From contig OZ024743.1 in assembly GCA_964016885.1 (NCBI GenBank), positions 121,148,001 to 121,212,000 on the forward strand: a stretch of 64,000 nucleotides of DNA. Reading direction: 5' to 3'. Below are positions 53,135 through 64,000 of the stretch, in pieces (the first letter of the stretch is position 1; every line of letters starts with the position of its first letter). Below the pieces are notes generated by a model. It was given only the letters and a program-made list of their open reading frames with translations, did not search any database and was not told the origin of the DNA. A program made the translations under genes and the position numbers. This DNA is from Eledone cirrhosa. Its lineage: Eukaryota.

Positions 53135-53440
53135 GGGTTGCTTAGTGGTTTGAGGTATTCGGCTCATGCTCGTAAAGTCGTGAGTTCGATTCCCGATGAC
53201 GCGCTTTGTCCTTGGGCAAGACATTTTATTTCACGTTTCTCCACTCCACTCAATGGCCAAAAATGAGTTGTATCTGTAATTCGAAGGACCAGCCTTGCCA
53301 CATTTTTTGTGACGCTGAATCTTCCTGAGAACAGCGGCAAGGGAAGGCTCATCAACTTACTCGTCAATTTCCTGAGTATGCTTTTCCGTTGATTAAATCA
53401 ACTGGAACACTCTTCGTCGAAACTAACGGAGTACCAGTTT
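53135..53440 (+). mobile_element. tRNA-derived SINE with CORE-like segment
   Basis: A box GCTTAGTGG, B box GAGTTCGATTCCC, then TGTCCTTGGGCAAGACATTTTA. Confidence 0.75.
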
Positions 53441-54066
53441 TAGTTTGATGTATGTATGTATTGTATTTATAATGTATGTATTGTATTTATAAATACATAT
53501 ATGAATTTCTAGGACAGGTGTCTGCTGCAGTATCTCTCAACTAAATTTCGCTCGCTATTTGTTGATCAACCTAAAGCTACGTTATTAGACACTCGCATTT
53601 CTCAGCTATTAATGATATTTTTCTTTAAACACATCTGTTTTGTGCATTCTTTGCAGGTGTTGGCTATTTAGACGTTTTCCCTTCCAGCATATTAACATGA
53701 CGTCATGTAATATATTTTTAATAAATTTTTTTAATAATTTCTATTTTCTCTTCACAACCTCAGCAACTGACTGTTGGCTTCTATGAGAAAGAAGGCAGAC
53801 TTCTGTTTTGTTCACGTTTTGTGGCTATTTGTATTCATTCTTTACTAGATATTTATTGGTTTAAAAATATATTAAACAGAAATATTTCCTTGTTTTTGTT
53901 GTGGTTAATACAATCTTTCCGTCGGTTTTAGTTGGTGTATTCAAACTTTAGTCATGAATTTTCTAATATTCTTGTTTAGCTTTGTTAACTCTGTCTAGTT
54001 CGGTAATAAACAAACTGAAATGCAGATACCCACTTTCACACACACGCACGCACACACACACACACG

Positions 54067-54110
<44 letters not shown>

Positions 54111-54153
54111 CACACATTCAAATACATACACTTCTAGGCCTGTAGAAGCCATT

Positions 54154-54243
<90 letters not shown>

Positions 54244-54282
54244 TTATTATATATATATACTTATACATATATATATATATAT

Positions 54283-54311
54283 AACCTTCAGATTTTGTTC
54301 CAACATACTTA

Positions 54312-54346
<35 letters not shown>

Positions 54347-54347
54347 T

Positions 54348-54434
<87 letters not shown>

Positions 54435-54461
54435 AGTATGTTGGAACAAAATCTGAAGGTT
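54283..54461. repeat. Short inverted duplication (~35 bp arms) around (TA)n
   Basis: AACCTTCAGATTTTGTTCCAACATACTTATGTG / CACATAAGTATGTTGGAACAAAATCTGAAGGTT is a perfect match. Confidence 0.95.
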
Positions 54462-54542
54462 GCATCATATACAAATTTTATTCACATATGACAATTGTTT
54501 TGGATATCGATCAGCTTAAGTTGTAACATGCCTGATACTATA

Positions 54543-54653
<111 letters not shown>

Positions 54654-54983
54654 CGTTTCTGGATTTGTTTAGCAAGTTTCTTTATCTGAAAACGTGTGTT
54701 GAAACCGATATTGTTATACTTTGGGAGGGTCATGTTGCCAATAGAAACACACGCACCAGTTGCTTTCACTCCAATTTATTATAAATTGAATTTATAAATT
54801 TAAGAAATTTGTAAATTTGCGGTTTGTTTGTTGGTTCCACAACCGGACGGTTGTTCATATATTGTCAAAGTTATTTCGTCACACATTCTGTGACCTCTTC
54901 AGTGACTGGGGATTCTTTTCTTTGTTTTGTGCCTCTCTTTGTTCTGTTCTACGTCATCTTCTTTTTGTGATTCGTATAAATAA

Positions 54984-54990
<7 letters not shown>
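54654..54990 (+). mobile_element. Probable PLE 3'-terminal fragment in (TA)n
   Basis: Degenerate hammerhead-like CTGAAAA..GAAACCG; (TA)n flanks; related ~30 nt at 59411-59441. Confidence 0.4.
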
Positions 54991-55045
<55 letters not shown>

Positions 55046-56299
55046 ATTTTTATATATATATATATATATATTTACGATGTGATACCGAAGAGGCTTAGTC
55101 AACCAAATTTTACTCATAAGGCCTTGTTCAGCATGAGATTATGATCTAAGACAATTGCCTAATGTGTTACTCTGTCTAGTTCAGTAATTTATAATTATTG
55201 GTAATATTTTGGACGGTCTATGTTGTTTTTTTAACTTTTTTTGTCTAATATGATATCAAGGTGCATATTAATTTTCCTCTGCCCAAGTTTGTTTTCGTCT
55301 ACACTGAATTCCATACATATTCCTCTAGTGAATATGAGCACTGTCTTTAACATTGTTTCCAATGATATAACATCTTCTGCACGTACAACTTAAGGTTATC
55401 TATCTACGAAAACGGACTTATATTAGAGCTAACGAAGCTATGCAAAACACCGTGTGGAGATAGAACGGTGGGAGAGTATGTGAGTGAGTGAGAGATAGTG
55501 AGAAAGAACGAAAATAGTAATGAAAGAAAGAAAGAAAAGTCCGATTAACGCTACAATATATCATACTTTTGTGGCAGATTCCACGATCCATTAATATGGA
55601 ATCAAGCAGATTCTTTATAATATTTATCTACTTTCGTATTTTAAATCCCTCAATCCGATTTTCTTTTCGACCATCTGTAGTCTGGGAAGTGCTAAGAAGA
55701 TATTGGAACTGATTCAATATGTTGTTATCTCCCTTTTATAGAATTGGTCTGATGCCCAGACGAAAAATATCATAATTATATATTTACTATTTTTTTTATT
55801 CTCTGAAATTCGCATTTATTGTCTATGATTACCCACCGGAAATAATTTCCACAAAATATTATTCCCCAGCATTTATGATCTTTGACTTTACAGTTTAGGG
55901 AATTTCTACCTTTCAGAGATTATCTTTCAATCAAGACAACTATAGCAATTGGGTAATTATAATCAGTTTGTATTGACTCGTCTCGTTGCAACGTTCTACA
56001 TTAACAGTTTTAACTTGTATCTGACCGAGTCAATACATAGGCGAATTGCCAATTGAAGGCTTCTCTGTTTGTAATACGTCACTAACGCCATGATACTCAA
56101 CTCTTATTTCCTATAGACACTTAGCTATAAGCAATAAGTGAACTCTCTAACTGATTCGTTAGCATGCATCATGAAGGGGAGTAGGATACGATAGCTGCCT
56201 TACGCCTGATACATTTCAATATATTATGAGATATGCGTATGTTAAAGAAATAACACAAAATAATATTCAATATAAAACTTATTGTTGCTATATTATCTA

Positions 56300-56520
56300 T
56301 GATATTATTATCTGCATTAACTACATTTATATTACCAAGCAGATTTCTAAGTAGAAGTCCTGTAATTGGTATTGATTTAATTGGTCTTTGTTTAACCAAT
56401 GGCAGTATTATCTTTGTATAATGTCTCAAATTAAAACAGAAATATCATACCTCTCCTGGTTATTGATTAATGTCATACACCTTGATAGGGTGGATAATAG
56501 AAGTGAAATTGCTGAACAAG
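56300..56520 (-). pseudogene. Decayed cadherin-repeat relic
   Basis: IHPIKVYDINQ*PGEV*YF...SIPITGLLL resembles IxAxDxD.G.V.Y...IxPxTGxI. Confidence 0.35.
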
Positions 56521-58539
56521 TTATCGAACTAACTTCACTGCTACTCCCACAATCCTAGAATATAGATTCATAAATAGACATAATTACAATGCGGAATTAC
56601 TGATTACCTTTTAAACAGAAGTATTTAAGGACTTGCACAAGTATGAGTGCAGATATTGTATAATTGTAACATAATTGTTTTATATGCCTAATATAATCTT
56701 TATTAAGAAACATCCAAAGTTAGATCTTTTATTTAATACGAGCAAATTATGTACTGAAAGCATGGAATAAAAAAATTAAATCCTGTAATATTTAATGTGC
56801 CAAAGGATTATTCCGGGTATCATCTGAAGATAGAGGTACAGAGAATTAAACTTGCTCTGCAGACACAGTTTACCAGGAACTGAGCAGCACATTTTGCCAG
56901 GCATTTCAAAGATGCAATTATATCTAAACAATATACAAGCTAGAAATGAAAACTTCGAACCGAATCTCCGTCATTATAAACCTTACAAAGCACTCATACC
57001 ATTTATATTTCACATACCACCTAATTTTATGCATTTCATTAATCATTACTTTAAAATCGATTGCAACCTGAATTAGGCAAACAATATATTAAAAATTGAA
57101 TTGAAGTAGTGAATCCTTTGATACTTATGTTTCATAAAGTATTAAATACTAAATAATGGCCTAAATAACCCAGAACTATAGAGATGTAGAGAAAGTAACT
57201 CGGGAGGAAACAATACATGTTCTTACAATATATTAAAAAGTAGAATAAAGAAACTTCATTTTATACAAAATTATTGCATTAATAGATTCTCATTCTATAC
57301 TAGATGCTCAATCGATACTCAATTTTGCCTGTAACATTTTTTTAGTAGAAAGTGCATTTCAGATTCTTTTATTTGTTTATTCTCTGAATATTTTACTAGT
57401 TAAAGTGATTAGACTGCGACCATGCTATGGCACAAACTTGAAATCAAATGTGGCGCTTATTTTATCAATGTTTATTTATCGAACCACTATGGTATAATAC
57501 AGAAACAAACCGAAACATTAATATACACACACACAGACATACACGACCTGTTTGCATACTGTTTCCGTCAACGAAATTTCACCACGCCTGTAAGTATAGT
57601 AGAAGACACCTTCTTAAGGTGCCACACTATGGGACTGAGCCTGAAACCTTGTGGTTGTTAATTTAACTCCTTAGTCACAAAGCTATGTCTGACTTCCACT
57701 CAGGAAATTACCTCTCGAGAGTATTTTAATATACGCCAGTATAATACCATTAAATGAGTCGAAGACAACATGATAAGCTCGCATCTGTAAGATAATAGAA
57801 GCATAGTTTAATTAGTTTTGGTGCATTAAACTTCAAATTGTGCGCTTCGGTGATCAGGATAATAAATTATGAAATTCAAATGAACATAAATTATATTTTG
57901 TAGACGGATAATGAAAATATTCTAAAGAACATTACTTCAAATAAAAAAAAGAATACACCATATCTTAAGTAATGTAAATTGTTATACCGCAGAGATACAT
58001 AATAGAAATCAAACCATAAAACCAATGAGATAATGAAATCGTTGATAAACAAGAGTATTATAATTAACAGATTAATTGTATTGCACTTATTCCGGGAAGA
58101 ACCCTATGTATAACGTTACAACCTTTTGTATTCCCAGCGGGAGTTGTCTCTGACTTTTATGTTTCTGAGGTAGATAAGTATCAGTAAAGTACCGGAATCG
58201 ATATAATCACATTTTTCTTATCATTTAAGATGTGTGGCATTCTGCCTAAAATACATTTCAAAAGAACACAATATAGATAGATAAATAGTTATCGTGTTTG
58301 ATTGTCTTACAATATGTGTGCGCCAAAACAGTAATTTTTCGGGAATTAAAGACAATAAGATAAAGAAAGGAAAGCAATAGACAGTCAGATAAGGCGACTG
58401 AAACTATGTTTCCATTGGCTTTTCTCTTGCTAATACTATGTTAGTGTCGGAACACCTGGGAGAAGTACCACTAGATTTCTGGTAACAGGAGATAAGATTT
58501 AAATGTACGGAGTCGGAATAGATGACGCAAACATCTAGT

Positions 58540-58710
58540 TCAGCGTTTTAATTATTCCACCAAATGAACTGGTACTTTATTTATCAACCCCGAAATGATG
58601 AGGTGCAAAGCTGATCTCAGCTATTGAATTTAGACTGCTGCAGAGAGCTGAAATGAATATCCGAGGCATTTAGATCAACTTTCTAACAAAAACCAAATTG
58701 TCGCCTAATG
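58540..58710 (-). mobile_element. Old OR-like SINE
   Basis: CTGGTACTTTATTTATCAACCCCGAAATGATGA body motif. Confidence 0.6.
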
Positions 58711-59441
58711 ACAACGCATGAAATATGTCCATAAAATCAATAGAATACTGTTGGGGATCTGTATCGTAAAAAATTATATAGTAAAGTACACGGAACCAAA
58801 TTAATGTTTATGGAATGGAACATTTCGAAACCGACACTTCACCTGAAGGTAAAATAAATTTTACATCTCATCTGCATAATTTAGATAAAGTGCCAGTCCC
58901 AAGTATCAGATTCTTTTTCTCGCCACAGCATACGAAATTATCCAAAATCATAATCATCGATGATAAATATGATAGTTTTACATAAAAATATTGAGCCTTT
59001 TAAACAGCAATGTTTCCTCGGTGCTATCTTCCGAAAAATCTATTATTCAGATGAAAATTAAAAACAACATAGAATCTACGAAATCTAGCTTAAAATTACG
59101 AAAAACAGAAATCTGCTTTCTTGTAGGAAAGATAAAATGGAACGTTTTAAAAATATTTTAATAATATAAAATTAAAATACACGCTAAGCAATAATATTGT
59201 TTCAAACGTTGATTAGGTCACATTCTCTTAGTAATAGTAATTATAAATCTTATAATTTAATTTTATTATGTTTAACACACCTTGAATAATTATTAAGAAG
59301 CTTATCCCTTGCTATTTATTTTACAAGTTATTTACAACTCATTATGCCATTTTACCAAACTTCACTCTACATTTGTGTGATTGTGTGACTGAAAATATAT
59401 ATATATATATATTATTATATTTGGGGAGTGTCATATTGTTA

Positions 59442-60264
59442 TATGTAGCCTTTTTAAGGTCTCCTCTTTTCAACCAGTTCCATGTCTGTGGATCTCTGAA
59501 TTCAGTTTTCTCAAAGAAGATACTATGAAAGGATTTTTCTACATGAAGGCTGCTCTTTCTCCTTGTTGTTATTTCCTCCTTGGACATCCCTTGGTCTATT
59601 GTCCTCTCCTTCAGTACAATTCTGAGCATTGGCTCCTTACTATCAGTCACGTATTTGTGTAGGTTGTTTTTCTCCATCTGAACACAGTCCTCTATGCTGA
59701 TAAGACCCCTTCCACCTTCAGTTCGCCTTAAGTAGAGTCTATCGACATCACTCCTCTTGTGGAACATGTTGTAGATAGTCAATAGCTTCCTAGTCTTCCT
59801 ATCCATTTCATTTTGTTCAGCAACATTCCATTTCAGAATTCCCGCACTGTACCTAATAATAGACACAGCTCGGGAATTTACTGCACTTATGGAATTCCTA
59901 CTGTTTAGATGTGACTTTAATACGCTCCTTACTCTCCGAATGTATTCAGATCTTATCAATTCATTCATATTTTTGTTCTTGATGTCATCAGCCTCCTTCT
60001 TCAGTGTCAATTTCCTTTATCATCTCACCTGTTGGTACCTGGATTCCGTTGCTTCTGCTCAATTTAATCCTCTTTATCACAAGGACTCCACACTTACTAA
60101 TACCAAATTGCATACGTATATCATTGCTCAAAATACGGACAGTGTCAACAAGCACATTCAACTCCTTCTCACTCTTCCCGAAGAGCTTAAGATCGTCCAT
60201 GAAGAGGAGGTAATTGATGGTAAGCTCTCCCTTTCCCAACTTGTATCCTGCTCTCACTTTTCAC

Positions 60265-60266
<2 letters not shown>
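59442..60266 (-). mobile_element. R4/Dong LINE internal fragment E
   Basis: [23 protein letters not shown]; begins directly after the (TAA)n tail of copy F and is truncated at KKAT. Confidence 0.92.
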
Positions 60267-60297
<31 letters not shown>

Positions 60298-60299
60298 GT

Positions 60300-63200
60300 T
60301 ATTGTTATTCCTTGAATCTCAGTCATTGATGTTGGTTAACTGGAAAGTCCGTTGGATTGAATATCAAGCCACTACCTGCAGCCTCAGATATTCAGGACGT
60401 ATCGGAGGGTTCTTGCTGTTCCAAGCAAGCATGCCTTTTGAAGCGTTCCAAAAAGCGTGAAGGGGCCGATTTTCTTTAACCATCCCTGGAAACTTTTGGA
60501 GATAGTCCCCAGTGCGCCTATGACAATCGGGATCACTTTGACTTCATGGCAGTTCCAAATCCTTTTCACCTCCCACTTTAGGTCCTGGTATCGGTTAATT
60601 TTCTCCCTCTCCTTCTCTTGCACTCTCGTGTCGAACGGGCAGGCCACATCCACAATCAGGCACGATCTTTTTTCTTTGTCCACAACCACCAGGTCAGGTC
60701 TATTGTGTTCCAGTTTTTTGTCCGTCTGTATCCTAAAATCCCACAGCACCTTCACCTGATTGTTCTCCATCACCGCCTCTGGCCTATGCTCATACCATTT
60801 CTCAGAATGTGGTAAATTGTTTACTTTGCACAGGTGCCAGTGGATCACCCTGCCCATCACATCGTGTCTCCAGCCCTTATAGTGGGTCTGGGCTAGGTGT
60901 TTACACTCGGACACAATGTGAGCCACAGTCTCCTCTCTCTCTCCACAGATCCTGCACAGTGGGCTAGCCTCCTCCTTGTAGATATGGTGCTTCAACCACT
61001 TCGTTTTGAGGGCCTGCTCCTGCGCAGCCATTACCATTCCTTCTGTAGCCTTTTTGAGGTCTCCTCTTCTCAACCAGTTCCATGTCTGTGGATCTCTAAA
61101 TTCAGTTTTCTCAAAGAAGGTACTATGAAGGGATTTTCCCTTAAGGCTGCTCTTCCTCCTTGATGTTATTTCCTCCTTGGACATCCCCTGGCCTACTGTC
61201 CCCTCCTTCAGTACAGTTCTGAGCATTGGCTCCTTACTATAGGTCACGTATTTGTATAGGTTGTTTTTCTCCATCTGAACACAGTCCTCTATGCTGATAA
61301 GACCTCTTCCACCCTCAGATCTCCTTAGGTAGAGTCTATCGACATCACTCCTCTTGTGGAACATGTTGTAGATAGTCAATAGCTTCCTAGTCTTCCTATC
61401 CATTTCTTTTTGTTCAGCAACATTCCATCTCAGAATTCCCGCACTGTACCTAATAATAGACACAGCTCGGGAATTTACTGCGCTTATGGCATTTCTGCTG
61501 TTCAGATGTGACTTCAATACGCTCCTTACTCTCCGAATGTATTCAGTTCTTAACAATTCCTTCATTTTTTTGTTCTTTATGCCATCAGCCTCCAGAACGC
61601 CCAAATACTTGTATCCTTCCTCAGAGTCAATTTCCTTTATCATCTCACCTGTTGGTATCTGGATCCCGTTACTTCTGCTCAACCTACCCCTCTTCATCAC
61701 AATGACTCCACATTTACCAATACCAAACTGCATACATATATCACTGCTGAAAATACGGACAGTGTCAACAAGCACATCCAACTCCTTCTCACTTTTCCCG
61801 AAGAGCTTAAGATCGTCCATGAAGAGGAGGTGATTGATGGTAAGCTCTCCCCTTCCCAACTTGTATCCCGCTCTCACTTTTTGCAGCATAATGGTCAAGG
61901 GCATCAGGGCAAGGACAAACAACAGAGGGGACAGGCTATCTCCCTGGAAGATACCTCTCTTGATCTTCACGCTTCCCAAGGATACTCTAGTTGATGTCAA
62001 CTCTGTCTCCCAGGACCCCATACTCCTGCCTAGCAACTGTCTGATGTTATCCGCCACCCTGAAGATCTCCAGGCTCTTGGTGATCCAGGAATGAGGCACC
62101 ATGTCAAATGCCTTTCTGTAGTCTATCCATCCCATGGCAAGATCAGTGTGTCTCCTCCTGCAATTCCCCATTACCATCTTATCAATAAGTAACTGGTCCT
62201 TTGTACCACGCGACTTCTTTCCGCATCCTTTCTGTTCGTCCGGTAACAAGTTGTTTGTGTGGAGGTGATGGTAGATTTCCTCAGACACAATGCTCGTCAA
62301 CAGTTTCCACATTACGGACAGACATGTGATAGGTCTATAGTTGGTAACATCATTACCCTTGATTCGGTCTTTCATTATCAGAACTGTGGTACCTTTTGTC
62401 AACCACTCTGGCACCTCACCCGACACCAAGCAGTCATTGAACATGGCCGTCAGCTTCGGGTGGAGGGATGTTAAATGTTTAATCCAATACCCCTGCACAC
62501 CATCTGGGCCTGGTGTTTTCCAGTTGGTTAGTTTTTTGGCTTGCCCCTTAAGAGTTTCAACTGTGATACCCAAATCAGTTTGTTGTTGTGCCTGCTCACC
62601 GATCTCCCTCTGTACTGTCTCAATCCACCCTGCCTGGGCATTGTGTCTAACATCCTGCTCCCATATTCCTCTCCAGAATGTTTTAGTTTGTTCCGCCCCA
62701 GGGATCAAGTCGTTGCCTCTTTCTTTCCCCTCAAGCTGTCCAAACAGCATCTTCTGGTTGTTGTCGAACATGCGGTTCTGTTTATACTGACTGACTCTGT
62801 TCTCGTATCGCCTGATTTTTGCACTCTTTGCTACAATGCGTTGCTTCAATTCCTCTATGATAATATTTAGCTTTTTACTCCTAGTTTTGTATTTTATTTC
62901 CAGTCTATTTTTAGTGCCTATGTTTTTTAGTGTCCCATTCAGTAGTGACTCAAGCTTTCCTATGTCATTCCTCATTTCCCCGATTTGCCCACTCAGTCGC
63001 TTCTTCCACCACGGCTCTGCTCTTTCTTGTCTGTTGTTTCCTCTCGCTTTTATACCAAGTAGTTTCCTCACCGTATTTGCTGTTGCTTTGAGGATATTGT
63101 TGCACTGGTGAAGGCTCCTCGCCTCAAGGTATGAGATGACTTTGTTTACCTTAGCTGTTGTTTCTTTTAACTTTTTCCTGTCTACAAATCTTAGGTTCAT

Positions 63201-64000
63201 AGGTCTCCCACTATCATTGTTCAATTCATCTACCACTAAATTTAGGATGTCAACCGAATCTTGTCCTAGCCCGTCAGCATTCATCTCCTCAGTGGCCGTA
63301 TCTCTGTTCCAGGTATTATTTATCTCAGTATTCAGATCATTGTCTGCTTCGGGTGGTTCCTCCGTTCTCAGGACCTCTTCACCTTCATTTCCCACTGGCT
63401 CGCTTGTCTGGCATACTACACCCGCCATCTCCAAGCCATTCTCTCTGCTCAGTTCCTCCAGTTCCAGCTCGCTTATCCACCCATTAGTTCTTATTACCCG
63501 AGCCTGCCCGGCCAATTTTTGTTCATCTAATTTAAATAAACCAATCTCGTTCCAGATGTTATGCATCCGTCTGCTGTAGCCCCTCTCCTTGGGGTTACTT
63601 TTCAGGTAGCATTGCATAACAGTTCTATTCAATTCTTTCGTCCAGTTGGTTCTGGCCCCTTTCCTTCTTCTTCTTCCTCCAACATCAGCAGTATTTGGTT
63701 GACAGTCAGGTTCCTGCTGCTGAGCCAGGGGGCACCTGTTGGGTGAGAGTCTGTCACATGACGTTCTAGTCTCCATTTCACCGTTATTCGAACTGTTTAT
63801 GTTCGATATTTAAACACTCTTATCGAGGATTGGCGAATGTATAGTTACATAGCCATCTGTGGATCCGCCATTCCACTTGGCCCTTGTGTGGCATTATCAC
63901 CACGCTGTATACGAACACACATAAACAAACAAACACACAGGCAGAAAGGGCCCCAAAAATGAATAAGCATATGTTTCATTGTAATGTAGTGTTCGAATGT
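60300..64000 (-). mobile_element. R4/Dong LINE copy F (5' end beyond the window)
   Basis: Intact ORF, ~75 nt 3' UTR, (TAA)n tail at 60267-60310; the 5' UTR matches 17515-17700. Confidence 0.95.
60384..63776 (-). CDS. Intact 1130-aa R4/Dong protein: RT, CCHC finger and restriction-like (PD-(D/E)xK-type) endonuclease
   Basis: [40 protein letters not shown]; CRICGEREETVAHIVSEC; RHD, RPDLVV, IVDVACP, KINRYQDL. Confidence 0.96.
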   Translation of the reverse strand: METRTSCDRLSPNRCPLAQQQEPDCQPNTADVGGRRRRKGARTNWTKELNRTVMQCYLKSNPKERGYSRRMHNIWNEIGLFKLDEQKLAGQARVIRTNGWISELELEELSRENGLEMAGVVCQTSEPVGNEGEEVLRTEEPPEADNDLNTEINNTWNRDTATEEMNADGLGQDSVDILNLVVDELNNDSGRPMNLRFVDRKKLKETTAKVNKVISYLEARSLHQCNNILKATANTVRKLLGIKARGNNRQERAEPWWKKRLSGQIGEMRNDIGKLESLLNGTLKNIGTKNRLEIKYKTRSKKLNIIIEELKQRIVAKSAKIRRYENRVSQYKQNRMFDNNQKMLFGQLEGKERGNDLIPGAEQTKTFWRGIWEQDVRHNAQAGWIETVQREIGEQAQQQTDLGITVETLKGQAKKLTNWKTPGPDGVQGYWIKHLTSLHPKLTAMFNDCLVSGEVPEWLTKGTTVLIMKDRIKGNDVTNYRPITCLSVMWKLLTSIVSEEIYHHLHTNNLLPDEQKGCGKKSRGTKDQLLIDKMVMGNCRRRHTDLAMGWIDYRKAFDMVPHSWITKSLEIFRVADNIRQLLGRSMGSWETELTSTRVSLGSVKIKRGIFQGDSLSPLLFVLALMPLTIMLQKVRAGYKLGRGELTINHLLFMDDLKLFGKSEKELDVLVDTVRIFSSDICMQFGIGKCGVIVMKRGRLSRSNGIQIPTGEMIKEIDSEEGYKYLGVLEADGIKNKKMKELLRTEYIRRVRSVLKSHLNSRNAISAVNSRAVSIIRYSAGILRWNVAEQKEMDRKTRKLLTIYNMFHKRSDVDRLYLRRSEGGRGLISIEDCVQMEKNNLYKYVTYSKEPMLRTVLKEGTVGQGMSKEEITSRRKSSLKGKSLHSTFFEKTEFRDPQTWNWLRRGDLKKATEGMVMAAQEQALKTKWLKHHIYKEEASPLCRICGEREETVAHIVSECKHLAQTHYKGWRHDVMGRVIHWHLCKVNNLPHSEKWYEHRPEAVMENNQVKVLWDFRIQTDKKLEHNRPDLVVVDKEKRSCLIVDVACPFDTRVQEKEREKINRYQDLKWEVKRIWNCHEVKVIPIVIGALGTISKSFQGWLKKIGPFTLFGTLQKACLLGTARTLRYVLNI

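Noticed and set aside
53640-53710. Splice-acceptor-like TTCTTTGCAG|GT
   Set aside because: No convincing reading frame or partner exons.
60457-63746. Plus-strand ORFs overlapping Dong F, and the equivalent antisense ORFs in C, D and E
   Set aside because: Antisense shadows of the RT ORF with no domain motifs.

Overview
AT-rich eukaryotic intergenic DNA, dominated by (TA)n, (CA)n, (CATA)n and (TAA)n microsatellites and retrotransposons. The SINE types and repeat make-up suggest a cephalopod (Octopus-like) genome; this is inference from recall, not a database result. No intact host gene is visible. Main contents: (1) six copies of an R4/Dong-type non-LTR retrotransposon (RT plus restriction-like endonuclease), one with an intact 1130-aa ORF (60384-63776, minus). 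(2) A ~14 kb array (13.2-27.1 kb) of eight insertions separated only by (TAA)n tracts, with Dong copies on + and L1/Tx1 and SINE copies on -. (3) Penelope-like elements with outward-facing inverted ends in (TA)n, one carrying a complete minimal hammerhead ribozyme. (4) A short palindromic element family whose arms co-vary between copies. (5) Fold-back inverted duplications anchored on (TA)n. (6) RTE, CR1-like and other LINE debris plus SINEs. (7) Heavily decayed cadherin-repeat motifs in many non-repeat gaps, all on the minus strand, suggesting an old cadherin/protocadherin pseudogene broken up by TE insertions.
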